DNA of 63,226 nt, counting the filler, from Pelomyxa schiedti (taxonomy: Eukaryota; Protista; Evosea), in assembly GCA_020536535.1 (NCBI GenBank). It is 13 parts of 13 records of this genome, joined end to end, with 100 filler letters (N's around TTAATTAATTAA, not from the genome) between each part and the next. Parts side by side here need not be neighbours in the genome. Positions count along the whole stretch, not along the records: positions 1 to 7,702 come from JAHLWZ010001343.1; positions 7,803 to 15,524 come from JAHLWZ010001342.1; 11 more parts are not named here. One strand, written 5' to 3'. Positions 1-11,733 of the stretch are shown in pieces; positions within the stretch are counted from its first letter, which is position 1; the number at the start of each line of letters is the position of its first letter. The notes under the pieces are model-generated. The model was given only the letters and a program-made list of their open reading frames with translations. It was not told the origin of the DNA and did no database searches. A program made the translations under genes and the position numbers.

Positions 1-31
1 GTGTGTTGTGTTGTGTGTGTAAAAACAGTCT

Positions 32-385
32 CACAAGGTCCGATGAAGGGGGGCTTATTTTCTTCCACCGTGGTTTTTCTTCCAACAAACGTCTGATAGA
101 CTGCAACATTGACTCAGCACAGGTGGAATCAAATTGCACCGACTTGTCTAAGCTGGCGGGGGTAGTAGTGCTAGATTTCTCCGCATTTGTCACCACAGCA
201 AGAAGTTCGTCGACGTCTTTTCTCGATTGAATAGCACGGAGTATGTCCAACGTAAAAGCATCACGGTGGCCGAATATCGCCATAGTCCACGTCAGTTTAT
301 CGGGCAGCGAGGAGACGAGTGCACTTGTTCGGTGCACCTCGTTGAGATACGGGTCGCTCTGCGGTGTCGCGTGTGTCTCTGTCAT
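32..385 (-). CDS. Putative first exon of a hypothetical gene running off the window start (MTETHATPQSDPYLNEVHRTSALVSSL...)
   Basis: Manual translation: ATG at 385 opens a stop-free frame to the window edge, with a plausible donor (CTT|GTGAGA) near 32. Absent from the ORF track because it has no stop. Confidence 0.4.
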
Positions 386-505
386 CGGGCGGTACGGTTT
401 GGCCACAACTAAGATCTGTTAAGATCTACTGCCATGACAGGTCGTTTCCCTCTCCTTTTCAGCCGCAAAAGTTGGCTTCTGTCAGTGCAAGGAAAAACCA
501 ATTCG

Positions 506-3500
506 ATGTCATTCGAGGTCGATGGCAATATTTTGCAGCAAACACTTGGAGCTCTTAGAAATTGTTGCTGCGATTGTACCAATGGGAGTGCTGTCCAGGT
601 ATTTCCATTTTGCAATACACCACTGACTTTTTTTTGTGTTCCCCTCCACTCTAGACCTTGATGGCACTAGAAACGCAGTGTGGGAATCAGTGGGGAATGG
701 TACTTCTTGTTGTTTTGGGGCAATGTAAGCAAGAACCTATTGTGGTGCGTGAAATGGCAGGGGTGGCACTCAAGAACCACCTGGCAAAAAATGCTTCCAA
801 GTTATATCCTCTTTATTGATACTGGTTTGTTGTATTGGTTTTTATTTTCTCCCAAATTCCAGAATGGACCCCTCTACTCAGCCGTTAATGAAAGTGGGCT
901 TGTTAAAAATTTTGGGGGATCCACATGTTACTGTAAGACATATTGCCGCAACTTCCGTGTCAGCACTTATATCTCAGCAAGGAGTTTCTGGTAACCGCTT
1001 CCACTTCCCTTGGTACCGATTTCCAAACTACCAAAAGCCTGGCCTCATTTGATATCTGAGCTTTATGACCTACTTGGATCCAATGACACATTTGTTGTTG
1101 AGGGTACTCTTCACACCGTTTGCCTTGTGCTTGAAGATTATTCACACCAATTCTGCACTGTGACTCCTCATGCAATATCTCTTATAGTTCCCAAGCTTAC
1201 TGGCCTCATGGCTCATAATGAAGGTATTTCAATGAAAAGGAACAAAACTAACCAACTTAGAAATTTTTCGAGCCTCTGCTGCTAAGGCATTGTCAACTCT
1301 CATCTCGTCAAAGCTGTTTTCTTTCACCAGTGGTGTAGTAGATGTCACAGCACTCATCCAGGCAACTTTCAAGGGAATGTCCGATCATTCTCTAGATGTT
1401 AAAATACACTGTTGCAACGTATTTGTGGTATTGGCTAGGACTCTCCCAAATGTTTTACTCCCACATCTTGGTCCGATTTTTAGTTGTATTCATACCCTCA
1501 CACAGGTGACCATAAATCGTTTAGGGAAACACTTTTTTCTTAATTATTTCTGAAAAGGATCCTAATGAGGATGTAGTAAAAGTTTCCTACAACTTTTGGA
1601 TTTCCGTATCTAAGCAGGCTTGTGCTGCAGAGTTTTTCAAACAATTTATTCCAATGTATTTTCCTTGTCGCAACTTTCTGGTTTATTTTTTTGCTAGACT
1701 TTTGCCGACAGTAATGCTCCATCTTGCCTACGCTAATCTGGACCAGACTCTTGCTGAATTCGAAAACAGGTTTGCTTTCTCAAGGCGCATCTTTTTTCAT
1801 TCAACCCTAGTTCGCAAACTCTCTCCGGAGGGAAATTGTACTTCCTCTCTACGTGAAACCTTCTTGCTTACCTCACAAAAATGCAGTTCCAAAATCTATG
1901 GTGCACAATCTGAAACAGAATGGGATAGGCGAGCACTATCAACACAACTGTTGGAAATTCTTGTTACATTTTTCCAAGATACTGTGAAGCCACTGTTACC
2001 TCCCCTGATTTCGAAACTTCTGCAGCCCAATTCTCCCTGGCAAAGTACTAACGCACCTGCACACATTGCACACATCTCTGTATCACAAATTTATCATATT
2101 TTCAACACTGATAGCCTCCAGTTGAAGAAAGTGGTGTTTATTCACTCTCACTGACTTCAAGGATACTCAAGACCCAAGAACCTGAAAGTGTTTTACGATT
2201 TCTTATTGGAGTCCTACACTCACCAAATGTACTCCAAACTCTGAAGACCCAAAATCAACCTTTCACAAAGGCACCTATACGCAGTGCTGCTTGTCAAGCT
2301 GTGGGACGGTACTGGGACTATATTGTAGACCGAACAAAAGTGACATCTAACCACGACATGTTAGCCGGCTTCCTGCATAACATCCTCCAAAAAATGCAAG
2401 ACCCATCAACTAAAGTGCGGCACTCAGCATGCATGTAAGACTGAGTAGACTTGTTTGTACTTTCTGATGTAATCCTAGTTCACTAATTCAGCTTGAAGAA
2501 GTAGCTGGTGAACTACTCCGCGATTACGCCAGAGGTGTTGTAGAATCAGCAGCTTTGGCTCTCAAAAGTTACGAAAATCATAACGTGTACATCGTCTATG
2601 AAGTTATTGCGGCATTGGCTAGTACAGTGAGAGGGTGCATGGACACTCCTGAATGTCGAACAGTACTTATGCCCACTTTGGTTGAAAAATGGGTGACCTT
2701 CAGAGACACAGCAGAGTAAATCCCTTTTATGCTGTAATTAAATTTTATTTTTTCACTTCCGAAGGTATTTGCTAACCATCATCGAATGCCTTCATGCTGT
2801 AGCCATGAATTTTGGAAGCAGTTTTATGCCCTATGTGCCACATGTTTTTCAACAGTGTCTGGACCTCATTTTTCGGCTCCAGGTTTCTTTTTTCCAGCAC
2901 ACCGATTTTTCAATTACACAAACTTAGACAACTCTTTCCAATGCTCCCGAGGAAGAAGATCTTCTTGCGTTGAGTAAGGTGATTGATTTTACCACAGCAC
3001 TTTGTGAATGTGCAGGGAAGTCGATAGACGTACTTCTTCAGGGAAGCAACTTAGTAACACTGTTATTGGCTACAGCTGGGGTTCAGTCTTTTTACTCTTC
3101 TTTAGAAACTTATATTAGGTAGGTAACTGTGGAGGAATATATTTTCGAATCCATCTTTGGGTTATCTGCAGCAGTGGCCAAGTGTTCCTTCTCATCCCTC
3201 CTCAAATACATCGGCTCTCTTATGAATTTGATCGAAATACATCTAAGTCTGCCCGGATATTAGTTTATTCCACTGATAATTACTCACAAAAGAGCGTAAC
3301 TGCTGCATTAAAGCTTCTCTGGCACTGGGAGAGATGTACTTAAATGGAAATGACGTCATGCAAGAATACTCTCCAAAAATCATCCCTCTTGTTGTTGCAT
3401 CCCTTGCTACTGCAGGCCGGGATGGGTTAGTTTTCAACTTTTCGTGCACTTTTCCTTATTCCATCCACTAAAAGGCTCCTTTCCCGCAACCTCACTTGTT

Positions 3501-3958
3501 GCCTGTGTCAAATAGGATGCGTATCACCTGGTATAGTCGCTTCCAAAATCGAGCCAGTAGTCCCAGTGAGCAGGCCTTCCTTTTCCCAAAAAATTACATT
3601 CCATTAACAAAAAAAGGTTCTATGTAAAACGCTGGAAAGAATGGATGAGGAAGATACCACCCGGCTTGATAGTTTCCGCATTCTGCTAACACTTCTAGAC
3701 ACCAACCCAGCCATCATTGTGACACACTTTACACCCCTATGCTGTGCCCTTGCCTCTCTGATTACCACCCCTGGTGCCTCTTCCCTTGTCTCTCATGTGG
3801 CCCGCATTGTTACATTCCCACAACAACACGCCCCTGCTCACTGGCCTGCTATGTGGTCTGCTGTTCCAACTGAGGCAAAGAACGTGTGCATTTTGAATTC
3901 TCCTGCATTCTGTAACAACACAAACAATCAGGTTCTAGCCCCTTTGTGCCGCTTGTAG
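506..3958 (+). CDS. TNPO1: Transportin / karyopherin-beta2-like importin-beta HEAT-repeat protein, multi-exon
   Basis: Exon peptides match the transportin HEAT order: VREMAGVALKNHL, KILGDPHVTVRHIAA, WPHLISELYDLLGSNDTFVVEGTLHTVCLVLED, DPNEDVVKVSYNFW, EWDRRALSTQLLEIL, DEEDTTRLDSFR. Short GT-AG introns lie between them. Confidence 0.85.
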
Positions 3959-4018
3959 TGAAAGAATAACCGGAAAATAAACAGAACTTTTTTTGATTGT
4001 TTATGGTTGGGATCAGTT

Positions 4019-7000
4019 TCAGGGGGTTGAAGACATGTAGAATTCAAGTGTTGTAGTGCCTTCAATATCAGACTGGGAGAAGAAAGTGGGCTCCCAAGGT
4101 ACTCCATTGATAAACAGCTCACTAATGTACACCTATTTCTCGGCATTAGATCGTGAAATGTGTGATGTGTAAACTGAGGGGTAGTATCACATTGGAGGGA
4201 GAATTGTCATAGGCAATAATTGTGAGGTCACCAGATGGCCTATGCACAATAACTTTGTCAAATAGAGGTGATGTTACAAAGTAATTAGCAGTTCCAGCAA
4301 CTGGATAAAATCCCAAAGCTCCAAATAAATACCATGATGCCATGGCACCTGCAGTGTTTGTTTTACATTTAAACAAGAAATTCTGGCGTACCATAGTCCT
4401 CATTTCCGGGTATTCCACTTGGAGTTGTATCGTAGCGGTGATCTAGTATCCACCTGACATTCCTACATTTATTTCAAGTGTAACCAAAGCTAGCCTGAAA
4501 ACAGAGGGATGTACTTTTGAGTGAGGTCCGGTCTTCCGCCATAGTTAAACATGAATGGGCTTGCCAGGTTATGCTCATTCCCTGCCCAGTAATAACTATT
4601 TCTTGTGGAGGTGAAGGGATCTCTTTGTGATGTTTCCACAAATATTTGGAGTTGCTCGATAAATGATTCATTGGAACCAAACAAACCAATAAGGCCAGCA
4701 CCATCATAAGGAACATAGAACCTTGATGGGATGTGAGTGCAGAGTACTGGTGGACAGTAAAAGAAAACCTGTAATGCCAAGCGTCTCCTTCAACGTATCT
4801 GTTATCTCGGGTGTTTACCCACTCGTCAGGAAGTCTTGGGCACTTCCACTCACCTTTGCTAGTCTTGGGGCAGAAGAAGCTTTTTGGGGCATTTAGTGAG
4901 TCACTTCAAAAACCTTGTGCACCCTAACCTGTATTCAGAGTTCCAGATATTCATGTAATTTAATCCTCTTTGCGAGAAAACAGCTGCATCATCAAGCTCC
5001 CCTACAAATTAAATTAAAAAGGGTCAGGGAAAAAAAGGTGACCAATATCTTCAGCAAATTGTCCAAGCGCCCAGTCATCATATCTGAGTATACTTAGTTA
5101 AGTATGATTTTCATATGAATTACGAATAATCAAGAGTCAGGGTAGCCCCTCTTTCATCAACCTCATAGGGAATGTAGCCCAGTGATATCCAGTCATCGAC
5201 ATCTTGCGCATATTTACCCAAAAATACAACCGAAAATGTTTACCTATTCTTGTGTCATGTTCTTGTGTTTGAGTTGCAGCATATTTCATTGCTTCAAATG
5301 CCGCAGTAGTGTTGAAGTCAGTTATGCCTTTAAAAAAAACGTCTGTGATTTTTTGAAATCCAAAAGTAGAAACCTCTTTTCCAGGAATCTACTATTAAAA
5401 CAATTGCGTGATTTCCAACCACTAAAAGAGAATTAGAGCGTTTCTTTCCAACGTATTACCGACTTCCTTCAGTGTAGCAATAGGCGAACGGTAATTTTGG
5501 AAGACTTCCACCTACATGGAACATATTAAGACTTGTTCATACATTTAGATGGGCTGATACCTTGCTGAAACATAAGAATTAAAGATCGCACAGAATCTCG
5601 GGCAATAGTTGGCTCAAGGAATGCCATCAAAGAGCACTGCCTGTTTGTGGAGGATTAGGGATGAACAGGCACTGTATGTCACATACGCACGGAATGTATC
5701 CCAAATTGAGAGATCACTCAGGAAGCGATCTTGACCAGTTGGTAAAGTGTGCAATTGCTTGTCAAAACCAATATAGTCACCCCCTAAAAAATTTTGGCAA
5801 TGGTAATATTGTTTGGGCTATACCAACTTCAGAAAAAGTAGTTGGGGACATAAGTGCATGATAGACGGCAGTGTAAAACTGGATGTCGGTTAGTTTGGAA
5901 GGAAGAAACTTAAAGGTACTTTTATCAAGTCAGTTTCATTACCCCCTTCAACCTCGAACATGTCTAACTTGGCTTGCCAGATTTGCTATGGATTTTCAGA
6001 CACTTCATATTGAGGGATGAGATAACCTGAGTTGATGTGCGAATTTCATCAAATTTAGAATCTCCTATGTTGTTCTCCATGTTAATGCGAGCCTGTTCGA
6101 CACTAATTGAAGATATTCCAATATGAACCTAGAAAAGGAATCATTTAACTCTCTTGTCCGTTTGAAAAATAATTTAAACCTCCACTTGATAATCACTGGG
6201 TGAGAAGCCCACATATGCACCCCTATAATTCTATGAGGCGGCGGTAATTCTTGTTGTTAATTACGTGCTATTGAATTGTTCTGCTCCACAGCCAGTAGAT
6301 TTGGTTTCCAATGGTGTCACCTTCAAATATAAGTGGAGAGACTGGGAAGGGTATCGAATCTTACCGTAGAACCCTCCCAGACACCATAGGTAGTAAATTT
6401 CGCACTAAATGTAGCAATAAAGTAATTAGTATAACCGCCATCATTGCCAGTTAAGTCTCCGTTTTCCCATATCCACCCATAGACCTAAAGAGTGTTACAG
6501 ATTTAATTGGAGTCTCTGTCAACTTCATTATTTTCCACGTCAACTGTGGTACTTGTATCAAAGCACCCCTTCCGTGTCTTTATAGTATACCTAATGGACA
6601 CTGAGGGAAAATCTAGGAGACAAATTTCCTACGCTGTATCAAAAAGAATAACTCTCTCTGTGGTAGAAGCATCGCCATTGAATGTATATCTTTTTCAAAT
6701 TACAAACGGTAATAAAAATGTCAAATACCTGTGAACACCCACAAAATCTGTTGCCGTCAATTCAGCTCTTAAAGCAATTTGTAATTTTTCTTTAGTTCAA
6801 TGTTAAGTTACCTTATATTAGGGGTCTCAAGTGTCACGGCATAGTAACCGGGCTCAGCAGTCTCAGTTGAGTGGGAATAGTGGGACAGAAACCCATACAT
6901 GATAAAATCCTGAAAAGTCAAAATAAGGAGGGGCTACAAAATACTGGGACACACATCATGGGTTGGAATGTGATTTATTGGCATTACTCCTATAGTACCT

Positions 7001-7482
7001 AAGGTTTGTTTTTAGATACAGTCAAACGGCTCTTGTGGAATTACCATATTCAGTAGCACCAGCACCAACAATGTGGGTGTGGGAAAAAATTCTGATGTAG
7101 TTATCAGGCCAAAAATAGCCAGCTGTAGTTTTGAGAGGGAAAAAGGAGAGAAGCAAAAAGTGGCATCAATAAAATTCAATCAAAGAGAAAGAGTGGCACC
7201 ATTGTGATGTGCCACTGTGTTAACACAATCAAGGGTCTCGCAAGTATCAGGGCTCAATCTAACTAAGCCAAATGGAGTCTGTGGTCCTGGAGGTAATGCA
7301 ATAACACTGTTTTTTATAGGGCATTGTTAAGAAACAAAAAAAAGGGTTCTTGTGTTGTTAATCCATCAAAGAATAACGCACCCATCACTCCAGCCATAGG
7401 TCCCAATTATGGGATCCACGAAGTCGAGGGTACCTGCACCCACGACTGCACACCAACAGCAAAACAACAAGAAAGAAAACAT
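4019..7482 (-). CDS. Secreted glycoside hydrolase family 92 (alpha-1,2-mannosidase-like), intron-rich
   Basis: Signal peptide MFSFLLFCCWCAVVGAG, then FVDPIIGT and PGPQTPFGLVRLSPDT. Catalytic-region motifs YVEGDAWHY, YYWAGNEH and PGNEDYG|AMASWYLFGALGFYP. C-terminus YISELFINGVPW...LEFYMSSTP*. Confidence 0.92.
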
Positions 7483-7702
7483 CCCGAATTAATTTTTCGT
7501 TTAAATTGATTCACCCGTTCAACAGGCATCACTCAACCACGTCAATCACACGACCTGGGACCTGCACACTCTCGTGTTTATTATTTGGCTGAATAAAAAA
7601 ACTACGGAGAGTTTTCGGTTTTATACCGAGTTCCACAACGGATTTGATAACATCGAATTCAAAGAAAAACGGGTGATCGTAACAGCATCGTAACAACATC
7701 TG

Positions 7703-7802
7703 NNNNNNNNNNNNNNNNNNNNNNNNNNNNNNNNNNNNNNNNNNNNTTAATTAATTAANNNNNNNNNNNNNNNNNNNNNNNNNNNNNNNNNNNNNNNNNN
7801 NN
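7703..7802. other. Artificial contig linker (N-run + TTAATTAATTAA + N-run). The same linker occurs at 15525-15624, 18077-18176, 21731-21830, 27866-27965, 31474-31573, 34437-34536, 49073-49172, 51966-52065, 54282-54381, 60455-60554 and 61828-61927
   Basis: Identical 100-bp spacer with stops in all six frames; genes are cut at these points. Confidence 0.99.
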
Positions 7803-8073
7803 TTGCTCCAAGCCTCAATCAAACCAAAATTCGAATATTGAGTGAAAACAAAAAAACCAAACAAAATTCGCGATTGGCTAGAGAGGGTACCTGTGATGCC
7901 AAGCGCACATGATGGCAATTGCCTGCAGGTACGACGGCGATGCCGATTTGTCCCTCAGCGGCCTCCTTTGCTCAAAGTAACTCATTTTTTTTTTCTGCTT
8001 CGTAGAAAAGGCCTTTAACCCATTCATTCAACTCGAGTTGGTTTTTTTTGTTTTGTAAGATGATGATGAATCA

Positions 8074-9702
8074 TCAGAGTCTGTTGTCTATCAGTGTTGT
8101 TAATGGACAGGAAGAAATGGCCCTTGGGAGCAGGCCGTCAGAGGGGTGTTCGAGGACAAAGAGCAGGGTGCCTGTCATTGCGTCGATGAAGCGGTGTTGC
8201 ATGGCAACCTGTGGGAGCTTCCCATGTGTGTAGAGGGTGGTGTACGGCTGGCTAATCCTAGCTGAGGTGCTGAGCCTTCTCCTCTTGTTCGCTTTGCTTG
8301 GTTTGGGTGTGACTTCTCTCAGAAAGTGAGTGGAGGATACAATCAGGCCACACCCTGCCAGTACGTGGGCTGTTCCAGGAGGGTGGTTCACAACGAAACA
8401 TGGCTCAGAAATGCTGTTCTGATTGTGGATTTTTGGGAGGGAGAAAACTTGACTGGTTGAAAAGTCACTGGTTGTAACTATGAAGTGAGACTCGTCGCAG
8501 GCCTGAGCATTTGAAGTGGAGCTGAATGTAAACCATGGGATCGTATCTCCTGTGTTGAGGACAAGTAGCTCTTGTGTCGAGGCTGGAAGTGTCACTATCT
8601 TTGGAGGAATCGCCAAAAAGTAAACTCTTTCACTCCTATTAATGAGAGGCTTGGACAGAAAGGTGAGGTTATCAGGAAGCTGATGTGGGTATTTGAGATC
8701 CCGCATACAGACAAAGGATGGAGTAGAATCACCTCTAAGAACACCCTCCAAATCAAGGTGGAACACACACAATTTGAAATCCCCAGGAGTTTGGGCTCCC
8801 TCATTTTCAACTTCAGGTGTCCTTGATGCTATCACCTCCAGAACATTGCTATCTTGAGTATATTCAGTGTCTCCAAAGAACCTCACCATAAGTGGCTTGT
8901 GAGACCCCTGATTAACCCACTCTGATGTAGCCACCACCTTGCCTGTAATCTTTTTCAGCCCGGCAACAGACAAAGCATCATTTGGCAACAAAACAGCACC
9001 TCTACCTCCATTTGCACTTTCCTCTTCTGACTCTACATCAACAGCTGGGAGCCTCCAAACATCCAAGTACCAATCCCCACACGGGTCATACACATCAAGC
9101 ACCATCACCACCCACTTTGAGTTGGAGGCACAGAACAATGGCGGGAACACCTGATCCTCAATCAGCAGCGCCACATCACCACCCTTCCTTGCATCCCACA
9201 GAGTCACATTGGTGTGTGGATCACCAAGAAGCTCATCTGGAACCTCAGGCTCACAGTATTCACTCATCCTCACACACATTGAGTTTGTTACAGGGCCCAG
9301 AACGTGGAGATTAAGGGACACACTCACAGGCCGCTGTCCCACAATCCCAAGAGTGTGGGAGATCCTGACCAGAATTGTGTACTCGCACCAGGGGCCCCTG
9401 CAGCCCCTGGTCCTCGATCCCTCCCCGAAGTGGACGAGCACGCTCCGGTGCGGCTCAATGACCCAACGACGTCCAATTGCATCGACAATGATCCAAGTTG
9501 GGACATCGCCCAAAAAACACCTGGTACTACGTTTCGGGTGGCCCTCGTCGTTCGTCGCCGCCGGGGACGACTGATGGTCCCCGTTGATTACGGGACTATT
9601 ACGGCAACGTGGTACTATTGCAGCGCAAGCCAGAGAAAGAAGCTGGTCCGATGCCCTCAGTACATCGCTCAGTGAGCCTAAAGGCCCCCCCACGGCCATC
9701 AT
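8074..9702 (-). CDS. Intronless hypothetical protein, PRC-header family paralogue 1 (542 aa)
   Basis: Long ORF with AAAAATG start; colinear motifs shared with the two neighbouring ORFs (LLVLNTGDTIPWFT, HPPGT...AGCG, HRFIDAxTG). Confidence 0.85.
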   Translation of the reverse strand: MMAVGGPLGSLSDVLRASDQLLSLACAAIVPRCRNSPVINGDHQSSPAATNDEGHPKRSTRCFLGDVPTWIIVDAIGRRWVIEPHRSVLVHFGEGSRTRGCRGPWCEYTILVRISHTLGIVGQRPVSVSLNLHVLGPVTNSMCVRMSEYCEPEVPDELLGDPHTNVTLWDARKGGDVALLIEDQVFPPLFCASNSKWVVMVLDVYDPCGDWYLDVWRLPAVDVESEEESANGGRGAVLLPNDALSVAGLKKITGKVVATSEWVNQGSHKPLMVRFFGDTEYTQDSNVLEVIASRTPEVENEGAQTPGDFKLCVFHLDLEGVLRGDSTPSFVCMRDLKYPHQLPDNLTFLSKPLINRSERVYFLAIPPKIVTLPASTQELLVLNTGDTIPWFTFSSTSNAQACDESHFIVTTSDFSTSQVFSLPKIHNQNSISEPCFVVNHPPGTAHVLAGCGLIVSSTHFLREVTPKPSKANKRRRLSTSARISQPYTTLYTHGKLPQVAMQHRFIDAMTGTLLFVLEHPSDGLLPRAISSCPLTTLIDNRL

Positions 9703-9733
9703 TTTTGTTGCTTACAGATCTGATTTACGTGAT

Positions 9734-11401
9734 CTAAAAATAGTCTTCAGTGTAGATGGGAGAGTGGAAGGGCACAGGTTTGAGGGAAACGGGTAGGATG
9801 GTCTGGTTGTACTTGATCTCAAAGATCACAGTGCCGGAAAATGCGTCCACGAACCTGTGGAGTGTACCAACGAGGGGGTGCTGTGGGAGCGTCGTGTACT
9901 CGCGCTGTATCCTGCGCCTCTTGACTGTGACAATGTCTCGTAGGCTACCCCTATCGTCGTCGTCCTCTGCCGCCGAGGACATGGACAGGGTGCTGGCGAC
10001 GAGTATCCCGCATCCGGCGAATACCGTGCAGGTTCCTGGTGGGTGATGGATGACACTGCAAGGCGGTGGATTGGAAGCCAGAGGGGTGATCTTTGCTGAA
10101 GTTGGAGGAGCGGCATGTTTCTTCCCCTCCCTGTTCTTCTTCTTCTTCTTGTGCTTTTTGGTCTTTGGTGGACTGGGAACATAGGGAGGGATGGAGAAGA
10201 CTTGGGTGGTGGTGTGGCCGCTATCTGTTGCGCAGAGGTGGGTTTCGTCCAGCGCTTGTACTGTGCTTCTGGGAAGGCAGGTAAACCACGGAATGGTCTC
10301 CATTGTGTTTAGAACCAGCAGGTCTTGTGCTACAGCATTGGGGTCACGTGTTTTTTTCAGGAGAAGGGGAATGAAGTACTCCTTGGTTCGCCTCTTTATG
10401 AGAGGCCTCCATAAGTCTGGTTCCAGTGCAGTTCCTTCAGTAACTACGCTCACCTTATACCCTTCAATGTTGGCACCCACCACTGCATCAGTGAAATCTA
10501 AGTGCCAAATGGATAGCGAATATTCACTCTTCTTCGAGGCAGAAGTCAGGATCACTTCAACAACATCAGAATGGTTGTTGTACTCTGTGGGCCCAAAGAA
10601 CTGCAGTGAAAGAACTTGCATTCCAGCCAGGCTTGTTGAAAGCCTTCCTGGAGGTTCCATGACCACTCCATCACATATTTTCCACACCAAAATGACATCA
10701 CTCTCACCCTTGAGGCACACCAGCAGCCACTTCTTATTGCAGCACGAGCACAGAACCGAATGCGAGCTATGGAAGAACTCCTGTGGCTCCACCACCTCCT
10801 TTTCATCCTCCTCACTGCTACTGTTACTCTCACTGTCACTTCCAAATCCCGCACGCCCGCCACTGCTCAGTCCGCACACACTCAGCGCCGTTCCGGCCTC
10901 GTACATGTAGTGACTCTGTATAACTTTGGTCCCACCAATCCACCCCAGGCACTCAGCCATCAAAGATACAGACTGGGGCTGAGGATCGGGACCCAGGGCC
11001 CCGAGGGTGTGTGACAGCCTGAAAAACACCACGTCGTCGTCGTCCGCGTCTATGGCGTCCCTGGTCACGTGACGAAGTGAAGCCACGACGTTCCTGTCGG
11101 CCTTCATCACCCAGTTTCGGCCAACAGATTCGACGACGATCCACTTTGGGAGATCCCACAATCCGGCCGCGGCGCCGCAACGCGGGGGGTTGAGGCGCCT
11201 TGAGGAGGAAGAGGAGGAGGGCGGCGTTTCTTCTGAAGAGTTGCCGGCCTCGCCGAGGGGCGAGGTCGTTGGAGTTGATGAAAAAGAACGAGAGCATCTT
11301 GGTATGAGTACGGTGCAGGCTAAGGCCACGAATTGGTCCTTGGCAGCAATTGCCGGACGCACTAACTCGAACCTTCGTTCCTTTCCTTTTACCGCATGCA
11401 T
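9734..11401 (-). CDS. Intronless hypothetical protein, PRC-header family paralogue 2 (555 aa)
   Basis: Long ORF with AAAAATG start; same motif series (LLVLNTMETIPWFT, HHPPGT...AGCG, HRFVDAFSG). Confidence 0.85.
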   Translation of the reverse strand: MHAVKGKERRFELVRPAIAAKDQFVALACTVLIPRCSRSFSSTPTTSPLGEAGNSSEETPPSSSSSSRRLNPPRCGAAAGLWDLPKWIVVESVGRNWVMKADRNVVASLRHVTRDAIDADDDDVVFFRLSHTLGALGPDPQPQSVSLMAECLGWIGGTKVIQSHYMYEAGTALSVCGLSSGGRAGFGSDSESNSSSEEDEKEVVEPQEFFHSSHSVLCSCCNKKWLLVCLKGESDVILVWKICDGVVMEPPGRLSTSLAGMQVLSLQFFGPTEYNNHSDVVEVILTSASKKSEYSLSIWHLDFTDAVVGANIEGYKVSVVTEGTALEPDLWRPLIKRRTKEYFIPLLLKKTRDPNAVAQDLLVLNTMETIPWFTCLPRSTVQALDETHLCATDSGHTTTQVFSIPPYVPSPPKTKKHKKKKKNREGKKHAAPPTSAKITPLASNPPPCSVIHHPPGTCTVFAGCGILVASTLSMSSAAEDDDDRGSLRDIVTVKRRRIQREYTTLPQHPLVGTLHRFVDAFSGTVIFEIKYNQTILPVSLKPVPFHSPIYTEDYF

Positions 11402-11733
11402 TTTTTAAAAAGGTAATGTTTCGGCGAAATGTTGATGGAGCAGCAACCAACAAGTGATCCAGCCATCCGCAGCAACGACAGGAGGATCCCACAGACCCCC
11501 TACATGTAATCACTGTGCCTTGGTGAGACTCCTGTCTCACGTCAGCTTCTATGAACCAAGTTGGTGGAGGCATCAACATCAACTGCCGCGAACAACACAA
11601 ACGCTGTCTTGTGGCACACGCGGCCAAACGCTTTTCTTAAAGTCCATCTTCAGAAGGAAAAGTATCAGTCTTTGTTCTCTTGTTTCTAGGGTTGGGAGTG
11701 AGGGTAATGAAATGTGTTGGGGTTGTTTTTTAC

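Noticed and set aside
7747-7758. TTAATTAATTAA as a recurring biological motif, and ORFs ending in ...XXXLIN
   Set aside because: Six-frame stop linker inserted during concatenation.
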